DNA of 64,000 nucleotides from Candidatus Pacebacteria bacterium CG2_30_36_39 (GTDB lineage: Bacteria > Patescibacteriota > Microgenomatia > UBA1400 > PJMF01): positions 206,031 through 270,030 of the forward strand of contig MNZB01000003.1 of NCBI GenBank assembly GCA_001873435.1. The letters are read 5' to 3'. The notes below the pieces were generated by a model. That model had not been told where the DNA came from and did no database searches. It worked only from the letters and a program-made list of their open reading frames with translations. The translations under genes and the position numbers were made by a program. Positions 38,413 through 47,256 of the stretch are shown here, piece by piece. Positions within the stretch are counted from its first letter, which is position 1. Each line of letters starts with the position of its first letter.

Positions 38413-40311
38413 TTACTCAGAAATTGGTTCTGTCGGTGATTCTGTTTGAACAGGTGGCGAAATTTCTGTCATTATTTCCTCAACTACTTTTGCTAATTTC
38501 TCGAGATTCTTTTTTGAAGTGTTATCTAATTCATTCAATGTAATAGTACCGTCCTCCACTGCGTTAAAGAAACGAACTGCAAGTAACCCCTTTGATTCTT
38601 TCTTTGTCGGGTGTTTCATATACGTAGAATTCTCTTTAGAAATATCCTTGATATCAATCTGAGCAATCAATTTGGCAAAATTGTCTTTGCTGAAAACATC
38701 TTCTATGCCTTTGCAACCAGGAATTACACGTAAGATTTTGTCTAGTCTTTCTTTTAGTACGTCTCCCGGATATACCTCTTTTCGAACTTTTTCTAGAGTT
38801 TTTCTCCCACTGTCTTCATCATCAACTAATACGCCATATGTAATGCCCCAACCAAATAAAAGGCGCGCAAGTTGAGGTATTGTTGTTGTGCCATTGGCTG
38901 GAAGCAAATGAACATTTTTAATATTTTTGAGCTTGAAAAGTGCTTGTAGATAATAGCAAACACTTACTTCTTCAACAATTATATTGTTCGTTTTATCAAT
39001 AACATTTTGATTAGCAAAACTGCTACCCATGCAATCAAAAATTGGAGTCAATGTATCAGATGATAATGCCCCTAATTGATGTGCACTGAAAACACGCGTG
39101 TTGGCCAAACTATAGTCGTCTCCTTCAATGGTTTCTCTTTGAGCCGCAATTATCCTGTAAAGTCTAGTTAGGTCAAGCAAGTGGTGAGTATGTGTTGTAT
39201 AGATGACTTGAATATTTTTTTTAAGTGTTTCAAAAACTCTTAGTACATCTTCTTGTGCTTTAGCGTGAAGACTACCAGCAGGCTCATCAATTAGGAGTAT
39301 TAAATCTTTTTTAACACCATCGCTGTCCTCACTTTGTTTTTCACTTCTAACTGAACAAGCTTTTAATTGCAAATAAAACGACAAGAACCAGAGCAATCCT
39401 TTGCTTCTTTGTCTTGGGGAGAACTGCACCCCATTCTCAGCTATCCAAAAACTCAAATATGATTCTCCAACAAGCTCTGGTTCATCTTTACCATGTCTTT
39501 GGAAAACAACCTGAATTTCTAGCTCGTCACGATTGCCAATTTTTTGTGACCAAAATTGCCTAAAGTCAGCTGTGAACGAGCGGTATTTTTTTCCTAATTG
39601 GTTGTTTCTCAATCTATCACTAAGTAGTTCAAGCTCATCAACTTTAATGTCTAAAATTTCCAATAGATTCAAAACACCATGTAGTCCTTCAGTTTTGGGA
39701 TTTTTTTTGATGACATCTTTAATGTCAATTTTATCTGGAAGTAAGCTTTCAAAATCTACAAATTTTTGAAATTCAGGTAGAGATGAAACAACTCGGTCAG
39801 TAAACTCTTTAGCCGTTAGTTGTTTCACTGTTGGTTCTGGAGGAGCTGTTGGAGTCTCTGTTTTAGTTTCTCCCACAGTTTGTTTTTCAGCTGGTTGCGG
39901 TTCTGATTCTGGAGGAGCTATTGGAGCAAAAAGTGTTTCTAAATCAAGAAAGTTGATTTTTACTTCGTTCTTTGTCAGTGTCGACCAATTTCTAGTTAAT
40001 GAAATCCTGTTTTCTGCTTCTTTAATTTTTGCCTTCAATCCTCTTGGCAGTTCTCCCTCTTCAAAATTTTCATCAAACCAAGCTTTTTGAATCCTAAAAA
40101 CACAAGTAATCTCTGGAAAGCCGTCTTCTCGTAAAGCATCTGGATTAAGTTTTCCCGTTGAAAATGTTTCAAGCGCCTCGAGTATCGAAGTTTTGCCAGA
40201 CTCATTTTGTCCGATAATTGCTGAAATATTGTCTGCTGGAAAATTAAAAAAACCAGTATTCTGAATCGACTTAAAATTTGAAATTTTGCATGAAATCAAC
40301 TGAGTTCTCAT
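38413..40311 (-). CDS. OLD-family ATP-dependent nuclease (ABC ATPase + TOPRIM)
   Basis: NFKSI, GQNESGKT, RSKGLLWFLSF signature, LLIDEP, TTH, IIVEE, LVDDEDSG, IEDVF. Confidence 0.85.
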   Translation of the reverse strand: MRTQLISCKISNFKSIQNTGFFNFPADNISAIIGQNESGKTSILEALETFSTGKLNPDALREDGFPEITCVFRIQKAWFDENFEEGELPRGLKAKIKEAENRISLTRNWSTLTKNEVKINFLDLETLFAPIAPPESEPQPAEKQTVGETKTETPTAPPEPTVKQLTAKEFTDRVVSSLPEFQKFVDFESLLPDKIDIKDVIKKNPKTEGLHGVLNLLEILDIKVDELELLSDRLRNNQLGKKYRSFTADFRQFWSQKIGNRDELEIQVVFQRHGKDEPELVGESYLSFWIAENGVQFSPRQRSKGLLWFLSFYLQLKACSVRSEKQSEDSDGVKKDLILLIDEPAGSLHAKAQEDVLRVFETLKKNIQVIYTTHTHHLLDLTRLYRIIAAQRETIEGDDYSLANTRVFSAHQLGALSSDTLTPIFDCMGSSFANQNVIDKTNNIIVEEVSVCYYLQALFKLKNIKNVHLLPANGTTTIPQLARLLFGWGITYGVLVDDEDSGRKTLEKVRKEVYPGDVLKERLDKILRVIPGCKGIEDVFSKDNFAKLIAQIDIKDISKENSTYMKHPTKKESKGLLAVRFFNAVEDGTITLNELDNTSKKNLEKLAKVVEEIMTEISPPVQTESPTEPISE

Positions 40312-40459
40312 AGCTAGTGCCTCTACTATTCAATATTACGATGTTTTGGGCAGGTTACCATGAGATAATGGTTTAGCATTCACTATAGCACTTTTCTTGT
40401 GCTGCAAAAGAGCAAATTAATTTATATCCAATAATTCTGTGTCAAGTTCACCTGAACAC

Positions 40460-41182
40460 TTAAAATGAAAACGAAATTTCGGCTCCATTTTTTTTTAGTT
40501 TCATAAATCCTGGCAAGCCATGTGTTTCACCAAAATCATCAGTATAAATATCATCACCGCCAAATCTATCAATTTTGAAACCCAAATTCTTGAATTTATC
40601 ATCGTCCATATCAAGTCGATGTAGCGGATAATCAAATAAGATTTTGAAGTCTTCATCTTCGAAAGTACCCTCCTTGTACTTAAGGCATGGACTAAGAACC
40701 CATGCTCTGTTTCCATCAGCAAACTTAATCAGGCGTTCATACACAGAAAATTCTAAGTTAGGCTCAAACCCATCTTCATCACCAGCCACAATTGAAGAAT
40801 ACAACAAGTTGGTTGTGCCGTCTCTTTTCACGAGACCACTAAGGTTGGAACCGTTGTTATTGGTCGAAACAAAGTAGACATTCTCACCCACCAAATAGTG
40901 AAAGTGAACATAAGCTCTATTGCCAAGTTTCTCTCTGTATTTTTTGTGCCATAGTTCGTTATCTGCTTTACTCCAATCCTTATAGGGTTTGCCTGCACTC
41001 TTAATTCCAGTGAGTTCTCCAAACTTTGGATGACTCATTATTGCCTCCATAACATTCACATTGAAGCTTGTTGAGAATCCAGGGCCTCGCTCATCCTCTA
41101 TTTTTTCAAATCTTTTACTTATAGAGGAGGAAATGCTGTATAAAGAGAATCCGACAACGGCGGTAAAAATGTATGACCACAT
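40460..41182 (-). CDS. Hypothetical protein with N-terminal anchor
   Basis: 240-aa ORF with a hydrophobic N-terminus. Confidence 0.7.
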   Translation of the reverse strand: MWSYIFTAVVGFSLYSISSSISKRFEKIEDERGPGFSTSFNVNVMEAIMSHPKFGELTGIKSAGKPYKDWSKADNELWHKKYREKLGNRAYVHFHYLVGENVYFVSTNNNGSNLSGLVKRDGTTNLLYSSIVAGDEDGFEPNLEFSVYERLIKFADGNRAWVLSPCLKYKEGTFEDEDFKILFDYPLHRLDMDDDKFKNLGFKIDRFGGDDIYTDDFGETHGLPGFMKLKKNGAEISFSF

Positions 41183-41252
41183 GATGATTATTTTACATCA
41201 AACGATTTAATCTTGCCAGATGAACAGCACTCTCAAATGATATAATTACCTC

Positions 41253-41906
41253 ATGGATAATTATATTGACCAGTGGGAAAAATCCCAGCTGGATGACTAT
41301 GAGCTTAGGAGTTCTCAAGAGGCACTTTCTTTAGCAGCCAAGCAGAACCAAGACCTTGCAAACCAGAGTCGGGGACAGTTTGATATTTTTTATGACAAGA
41401 TTCTTCTATATTCAGCTGGTGCTTTTTCTTTTAGTGTTGCCCTGGTAGGGCTAGTCGTTGGCGACAGAATCAACGCTCTTGCAAAAGCAGGCTTTCTATA
41501 TCCAAATATCTATTGGCTCTACTTAAGCCTCGGTGGTTATCTCATCACATGTGCTATGGTTCTATTATCTAGACGTTTCGATGCTTTGTACCTTGGTCAC
41601 TTCGGCATGGCCAACTACTGCAAACGAAAGAGAGAACAACAGGAAGCTATACATCAGAAACTCCAAAATAGCCAAAGCAATGAAATTCTGGTGACAAAAG
41701 GGGGAACTCGAGAATCTGAAATAGAGATTTGTAAAAGTAACATCCAAAAGTTGAGAAATGCGGAAAATAAGAATGCAAACGCTAGGGATAGAGAACAATT
41801 CTTAAAAAGGCTTTGTCACCAGATTGCTGAATTAATAGTGGTCGTGGCGACTATACTTTTACTATTTTTTACCATTCAGCTAACCCAAGCAATGATTTGG
41901 GGTTGA
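41253..41906 (+). CDS. Hypothetical 3-TM protein
   Basis: 217 aa; TATAAT 6 nt before the ATG; TM-TM-coil-TM layout. Confidence 0.75.
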   Translation: MDNYIDQWEKSQLDDYELRSSQEALSLAAKQNQDLANQSRGQFDIFYDKILLYSAGAFSFSVALVGLVVGDRINALAKAGFLYPNIYWLYLSLGGYLITCAMVLLSRRFDALYLGHFGMANYCKRKREQQEAIHQKLQNSQSNEILVTKGGTRESEIEICKSNIQKLRNAENKNANARDREQFLKRLCHQIAELIVVVATILLLFFTIQLTQAMIWG

Positions 41907-41909
41907 TGT

Positions 41910-42428
41910 TTACTCTGGAATAACTACTTTTAATTCTTTAATTGCTTTACTAAGGGCAGGTTTTAGCCTATGTGAAATACTTGTGAGCTGTCCACCATGA
42001 TTCCTTTGTATTTCTTGATTATGTGTGTAAAGGTTTATTTCTTCGTTGTATAGAGCAACTTCGTTATAAAGACTAATCAAGGATTTTTGTTCTTCAGGTT
42101 TCCACCAATATAAATACATTTTCGTTGATTCCCATGCCGAATCCGGAAATCTCCTATTCCTTGGTAGGTCCTTAACCATATCACTCATCTGCATAATCTC
42201 AGCGTGAATCCAATTCTTGGCTTGTTCAACTCTTTCCATTTTTTCTCTTTCGTCTTTAGCTCTCTCTTTTTTTGCCCTTTCTAACTCTGTTTTTTGAGAC
42301 TGTTCTACCGTGGCATCAATGCTTTTCCTTGTAGCCCAGATAGTTGCAAGGGCACCTGCAGCAGAGCCAATTACACCACTTCCTAATGAGAGAAACACTT
42401 GAAACCAGTCAATCATATTAATGTTCAT
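41910..42428 (-). CDS. Hypothetical protein (N-terminal TM + coiled coil)
   Basis: GSGVIGSAAGALATIW; last gene of the 45264-41910 operon, with a 4-nt overlap. Confidence 0.7.
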   Translation of the reverse strand: MNINMIDWFQVFLSLGSGVIGSAAGALATIWATRKSIDATVEQSQKTELERAKKERAKDEREKMERVEQAKNWIHAEIMQMSDMVKDLPRNRRFPDSAWESTKMYLYWWKPEEQKSLISLYNEVALYNEEINLYTHNQEIQRNHGGQLTSISHRLKPALSKAIKELKVVIPE

Positions 42429-43489
42429 TTATATTCCTCCGGCAACTCAATCCCAAACCTCTCACAAAGTGCTTTAACATCATGGAAGTCGCTCGCTCTC
42501 AGCTTATATCCTGTATGAAATTTGACCATCCACTCTGGAGAAATACACTTCACCTCTATATTGTCAACACAACCTTTGCCGCTAAGTGCATCTTTATGAT
42601 AGGAATTGCCGTTTTCTACTGGGCCATAAATACCATTGCCATTTTCATCTAAATTAATAACATGAAAATCAACGAATCGAGCATTTTTGTCACCCATGAT
42701 AAAATTCCAGTCGGTTTCATCACCTCTTTTTACTCGATTAAAACCTCTTACTTTAAGTAGATTAACTACGGAAGTCACGTCCTTTTGTTGAAGAACTAAA
42801 TCAAGGTCACCATGAGCTCTAGTTTGCTTCTCCAATAGAGCATCAACGCCCCAGCCACCATCAAGCCAAAATTCAATATTTTTATCTTTGAATTCTTTTA
42901 TAAGTTCCAACACATACTCCTCTGTCATTGCATCACCCGCGATATGATGCAAAAGAAAAGGAAACTGTCTATATGCTTCGCCAAATGTGCCAACGCTAAA
43001 ATGCTTTTGTCCTGGCAAAACAATTAAATCGCCACCAATTTTTTCATATAGGTATTCAGCGTGCTCGAGAGGGCAATAGGGGTCATTATCTGAGTGGATG
43101 AAGTACCATGTCAGAGACTTTGAATTAATTTTCTTAAAGTCAAATGGTGTGATGAAAAGGTCTTTAAGAGAATCCCATCCCAAATCATCTTTGAATGAAC
43201 CCACTAAGTAGCAGGCTTTGACAACAACACCCTCTGGCAATGCTTGCAAAAGACCGAGAGTAGCTACAGCCCCTGATGAGTGACCAATGATTGTGGTCTC
43301 CTCATCAAACTTCCAGTTTTTGTTGCTCAAAATGAATTCGTTATATCTCTGAATATTGGGTTTATCAGCTCCAGGCAAGTTAGGTGTCCAAACCTCGTAA
43401 CCTCGTGACTTTAATTCAGTCTCAAGCCAAGGAAACCAATTTTCTTGGGAATTGCCGTTTGTGCCGTGGAGGATGAGCGCTTTTTTCAT
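42425..43489 (-). CDS. Fusion of RBBP9/YdeN serine hydrolase and Lnu/ANT(2'')-like nucleotidyltransferase
   Basis: N-half: LHG...ENWFPWL, GHSSG, HSDNDPYCP, KHF. C-half: WLDGGWGVDALL..QTRAHGDLD, VDFH, CISPE..VKFHTGY. Confidence 0.85.
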   Translation of the reverse strand: MKKALILHGTNGNSQENWFPWLETELKSRGYEVWTPNLPGADKPNIQRYNEFILSNKNWKFDEETTIIGHSSGAVATLGLLQALPEGVVVKACYLVGSFKDDLGWDSLKDLFITPFDFKKINSKSLTWYFIHSDNDPYCPLEHAEYLYEKIGGDLIVLPGQKHFSVGTFGEAYRQFPFLLHHIAGDAMTEEYVLELIKEFKDKNIEFWLDGGWGVDALLEKQTRAHGDLDLVLQQKDVTSVVNLLKVRGFNRVKRGDETDWNFIMGDKNARFVDFHVINLDENGNGIYGPVENGNSYHKDALSGKGCVDNIEVKCISPEWMVKFHTGYKLRASDFHDVKALCERFGIELPEEYK

Positions 43490-43953
43490 AAATCAATTAA
43501 AGGCTCATCACCTTCCTCCCATACTTCTTCATTAAAAAATTTCATTTTCTTTGGTGTGATTTTGTACATCCTCCCTTTTATCAGTTTCTTCATCATGCCT
43601 TCGTACGTATAGGCATCACTCTTAACATTCAGTGTATTCCTCCAAAGTTTGAGAGCATGAACAATTTTGTTTTTGCTGGTAATCTGCTCTGCTAGTCCAA
43701 AAATCTGAATCCCCATTTTCTTGCTTGCAGGATTTTGTGGTGAATCGGCAATAGCTACCGCCACTTGTGGGTTAGCGGTAATGTGCTTACAGTGAATCGT
43801 TTCTGGGTTGCTTAAGAAATACAAATTCAAGTCATCGTCAAATGAGTAATAAACAGTAGCAATCCAAGGATGTTCTCCCTGAGTTGCTATAACCATTTGT
43901 ACTCTTTCAGTTATGTATTTTCTAGCTAGGTCAAATGCTTTTTTATCACTCAT
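43486..43953 (-). CDS. Pyridoxamine 5'-phosphate oxidase-like FMN-binding protein
   Basis: MVIAT...PWIATVYY, LYFLS...H...NPQVAVAI, GIQIFG. Confidence 0.8.
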   Translation of the reverse strand: MSDKKAFDLARKYITERVQMVIATQGEHPWIATVYYSFDDDLNLYFLSNPETIHCKHITANPQVAVAIADSPQNPASKKMGIQIFGLAEQITSKNKIVHALKLWRNTLNVKSDAYTYEGMMKKLIKGRMYKITPKKMKFFNEEVWEEGDEPLIDL

Positions 43954-44335
43954 AGACTTCAATCTTCTCAACGTCAACCATTTTGCCGTCAGCCATCTCA
44001 AACAGTATGCCTACATTAACCTCTGATTGGTTAACAACGGCATGTGGTAAATATGAAGGCACTTCAATTAGTAAAATTTGCCCATCTGGGTGCATATGTT
44101 CTTCATACTTTGCGCCATTTTCATCTAGCCACACAAACAGTAAGTCACCAATACCAATGAACCATTCTGTTCTTGGATGTTTGTGATTGCCACCAATACT
44201 CAAAGGTGCTAAGTGAACTATCTGTTGGTCTTTGATTTTTTCCTTACCAACAGGAATGTCATCTGTGTTGAGTACCCAGACATCGGTATCAGGTTTTTTG
44301 TAGGTGTAATTTAGTTTGGTGATGATAGGTGTCAT
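43946..44335 (-). CDS. Cupin-fold protein (WxcM/CapF-like)
   Basis: GGNHKHPRTEWF...VPSYLPHAV. Confidence 0.75.
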   Translation of the reverse strand: MTPIITKLNYTYKKPDTDVWVLNTDDIPVGKEKIKDQQIVHLAPLSIGGNHKHPRTEWFIGIGDLLFVWLDENGAKYEEHMHPDGQILLIEVPSYLPHAVVNQSEVNVGILFEMADGKMVDVEKIEVYE

Positions 44336-44340
44336 GTTAT

Positions 44341-45264
44341 TTAATTTACCTGTGTGAGATATTCTCCATTACATGCGTTAACTATTGCTTCAACCCACTG
44401 CTCAGCATTTTTTCTCATTGAATCTTCAGTGCACCATGCAAGTTCGGGGCCTGCCCAAACATTTCCTTCGAAGTTTTCCATCTTAGCCTTACCATCTTCA
44501 AATGCATAACCATATAAGTTACCATTCTTAACCATTTCTAGTAGTAAATCGTGGTTATAAACGGCATGAACATCACTTACAAACATTGCAGTTTTCTTCA
44601 TTGATTTAAGCATGTCGTCAGTCAGCATTCCTTGCGTTTCATCATTTTGGGCAACACAAGGGATGATTACATCAGATGTTTTCAATAACTCTTCAAGTTC
44701 TACACGCTTAAAACGGTCATCCTTTGAACTTTTTGACCAATACTGAACATTCATACCAAGCCCATGACAGTTTTCTGCTACAGCCGTGCCTATATTACCT
44801 ATTCCTATGACTCCTGCAGTTTTGCCTCGTAACTCAATACCTTGATGGGCAATATAATCCTGCTTCCAGCTATCTTTGATAATGATAGGTAGTTTACGTG
44901 CCAAAGCTAGCATCATCATTGTTGCCCACTCTGCGACAGCAATGCTAGAAAAGCCGCGGAGATTCATCACAGGAATGCCTTTTTTTTCTGCGAAGTCTAC
45001 ATCAATCCAGCTAAAAGAAGTTGTTTGCAAAACTATAGCTTTCAGTTGTGGTATTTTGTCGATTATCTTGTTCGGCACTTTCCAATCACAAAAATCAGGG
45101 TCAATAGCAAGAATTCTCTCTTCATTTCCTTCAAGTAAGCCAGGTATTTGTTCAAACGGTGTAATGTCAGAATGAAGGATTACTTCACTGACATCATTAA
45201 GCTGAGACATCTGCTTTTCAGAAAGTAGTGCTTTAATATTTGGGCTAATGAGAAAGAGTTTCAT
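44341..45264 (-). CDS. D-isomer-specific 2-hydroxyacid dehydrogenase family protein (divergent)
   Basis: AVAEW, ELRGKTAGVIGIGNIG, SDVI, MKKTA; the usual NxxRG and TPH motifs read SDVHA and GPE. Confidence 0.8.
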   Translation of the reverse strand: MKLFLISPNIKALLSEKQMSQLNDVSEVILHSDITPFEQIPGLLEGNEERILAIDPDFCDWKVPNKIIDKIPQLKAIVLQTTSFSWIDVDFAEKKGIPVMNLRGFSSIAVAEWATMMMLALARKLPIIIKDSWKQDYIAHQGIELRGKTAGVIGIGNIGTAVAENCHGLGMNVQYWSKSSKDDRFKRVELEELLKTSDVIIPCVAQNDETQGMLTDDMLKSMKKTAMFVSDVHAVYNHDLLLEMVKNGNLYGYAFEDGKAKMENFEGNVWAGPELAWCTEDSMRKNAEQWVEAIVNACNGEYLTQVN

Positions 45265-45542
45265 ATAAGCTTCATTTTAACTCAAAAAAGCTCTACACCA
45301 AAACCAATATTGCAAAGTATGCAAAAATTCACAACATAAATAATCGCTAGTTGAGGTATAATATCCCCATAACAAAGAGATGACCTAAACTTGGTTTTTC
45401 GAAATCAGGCATGGTCAAAAAACTCACAACGGTTAAAGCCCCTCGCTGGGGAATTCGTTGTGAGTCGTACAGGGAAACTTGTGCGGGTGGAGACACCTAA
45501 ACCGGCGGGGGACTTTTGCGTCTTCCGGCCGAAAAGGCCGCA

Positions 45543-46238
45543 ATGAAAAAACTACGACAACTAATTACATCAATTCTTCCAGCAGTTTTATTATTGCTTT
45601 TAATTGGTACTGGTGTAGCCTTTGCACATTACCGCGAGCAACAAATCACTCAACGTGTTCAACTTGTGGTTTCACCAACCCCAACATTAAAACCAACCTC
45701 AAATCAGTTTCCAAGGGCAACCCCATTACCAAACACTGTACAACCAACCACCAAAAAAGCTTTTGACAATATTACTTGTACAGGGCCTGACGGTAAGCAG
45801 TTCCAAACTACTCAGAAAGAATGTGAAAACTTCAACGCCGCCTGGGGCAACACCTCTAAAACTCAACTAGCACCTGCTGATTTACCAAGTCAACAAAAAT
45901 ACACTGAAACCCAAAATGGACAAAAACAGCCACCTTGTACCGTTGGTGGTTATACCTATTATTACACTGACCCCACTACTTGTGCCCGTTGGCAACAAGA
46001 ACAAAAAGAATTTGAAGAATCACTAAACAATATACAGTACGTTTTTACTCCACCAGATACCACGACTATTCAACCAGATAATACCGTAGCGAAAGAAGCT
46101 TGCAAGTCCGCCGCACAATCCGAATATAACTCAGCAGTAGCCGCTGCTCAAACCTATGGCGGCAATGTGCAGACTGCAGCATTAGAGATTACTCGCAATG
46201 ACCTTAATTATAAACTTGGAAAATGTGAAGGCTTATAA
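45543..46238 (+). CDS. Membrane-anchored or secreted Cys-containing protein
   Basis: Start MKKLRQ; TM segment, PT-rich linker, CTGPDGK motif, paired cysteines. Confidence 0.75.
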   Translation: MKKLRQLITSILPAVLLLLLIGTGVAFAHYREQQITQRVQLVVSPTPTLKPTSNQFPRATPLPNTVQPTTKKAFDNITCTGPDGKQFQTTQKECENFNAAWGNTSKTQLAPADLPSQQKYTETQNGQKQPPCTVGGYTYYYTDPTTCARWQQEQKEFEESLNNIQYVFTPPDTTTIQPDNTVAKEACKSAAQSEYNSAVAAAQTYGGNVQTAALEITRNDLNYKLGKCEGL

Positions 46239-46239
46239 A

Positions 46240-46563
46240 ATGGAAATAAAGATATTAAAACCAATCAATATCATACTTATCTATGGCGTAATTGTGTCTG
46301 TCTTGTTTACTACTATGGCACTCTATACTTGGCCCCAATTGACCTCGGACGGCACGAGATTCGGTTATGAAACTTGTATTGAGACAAGTCGTGAAATGGG
46401 TAAAGACATTTGTGATGCTTGGACAGATGACCCCTCATATTACCGCCCAGCTGGTGGCGAACTCTACGCAATACTAACAAGAGTTGCTATTCTGGTGGGA
46501 ATTATATGGTTTCCAACTAGTGTGTATCAATGGAATAAGCTAAGAACAAAAGAAGCAAAGTAG
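46240..46563 (+). CDS. Small 2-TM protein
   Basis: ATG 1 nt after the upstream stop; two TM helices around a loop with two Cys. Confidence 0.7.
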   Translation: MEIKILKPINIILIYGVIVSVLFTTMALYTWPQLTSDGTRFGYETCIETSREMGKDICDAWTDDPSYYRPAGGELYAILTRVAILVGIIWFPTSVYQWNKLRTKEAK

Positions 46564-46624
46564 TATGCAAAACTCACTTCGGAGTGTCTAGTCTGATAGT
46601 CTTTTCTTCAAGCCTCTATCTCAA

Positions 46625-47116
46625 TTGATTTCGGCAAATATTATCATGAGCTCCAGCAAAAGGGTGGTTGAAGCCACACCGCAAATTTCCATTTCTAGCG
46701 TTAAAGATTTTGTCAGTCAACGAAATTCAGTCGTTCAACTGAGCCTCACTAATAGCATTGGCAACCAATCACCTTATTTCGCAAAAACCACAACCACGAA
46801 ATGCTATTTTGGTGGCACTAGACCTTGGTTTGAGTGTAATTTATGTAGTAAAAGAGCAGGAAATTTATATCTCAATGAGAACGGCACAGACTTGTTTTGC
46901 AGAGTGTGTTCTAATCTTCGCTACCGTTCTCAAGGGTTCAGTGGTAGCTCACGTTTACTGATGATGGCCTTTGATGCTGATGAAAGAGCCGAAGCCGTTT
47001 TTAAGGGGCCACAGAGGGTCAAATTTCTCTATAAAGGTAGACCAACCAAGAGATTTAAGCGATTTTTGAAATATCGACAGAAAGCCGAGCGATTAAGTCG
47101 TATATTCACCAATTAA
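46625..47116 (+). CDS. Zn-finger basic protein of mobile-element type
   Basis: FGGTRPWFECNLC...LY...FCRVCSNLRYRSQ, K/R-rich C-terminus. Confidence 0.7.
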   Translation: MISANIIMSSSKRVVEATPQISISSVKDFVSQRNSVVQLSLTNSIGNQSPYFAKTTTTKCYFGGTRPWFECNLCSKRAGNLYLNENGTDLFCRVCSNLRYRSQGFSGSSRLLMMAFDADERAEAVFKGPQRVKFLYKGRPTKRFKRFLKYRQKAERLSRIFTN

Positions 47117-47256
47117 ATTTGCTATTGCAGAACAATCACTAAGAATTTAAAATGTGACTCACTAGACTTCCCTGGATTCTACGCAGAATCCCTTTTAGTT
47201 CTAGTTACAAGCAATCCTATTAATAACGGCTGGCGAGCCGAAGGATTTTTGTAGCT

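Noticed and set aside
38413-40311. Complete Gabija or retron system
   Set aside because: No adjacent UvrD-like helicase or reverse transcriptase.
45369-45542. Known riboswitch or self-splicing intron
   Set aside because: No consensus of a family I recognise; kept as an unassigned structured leader.
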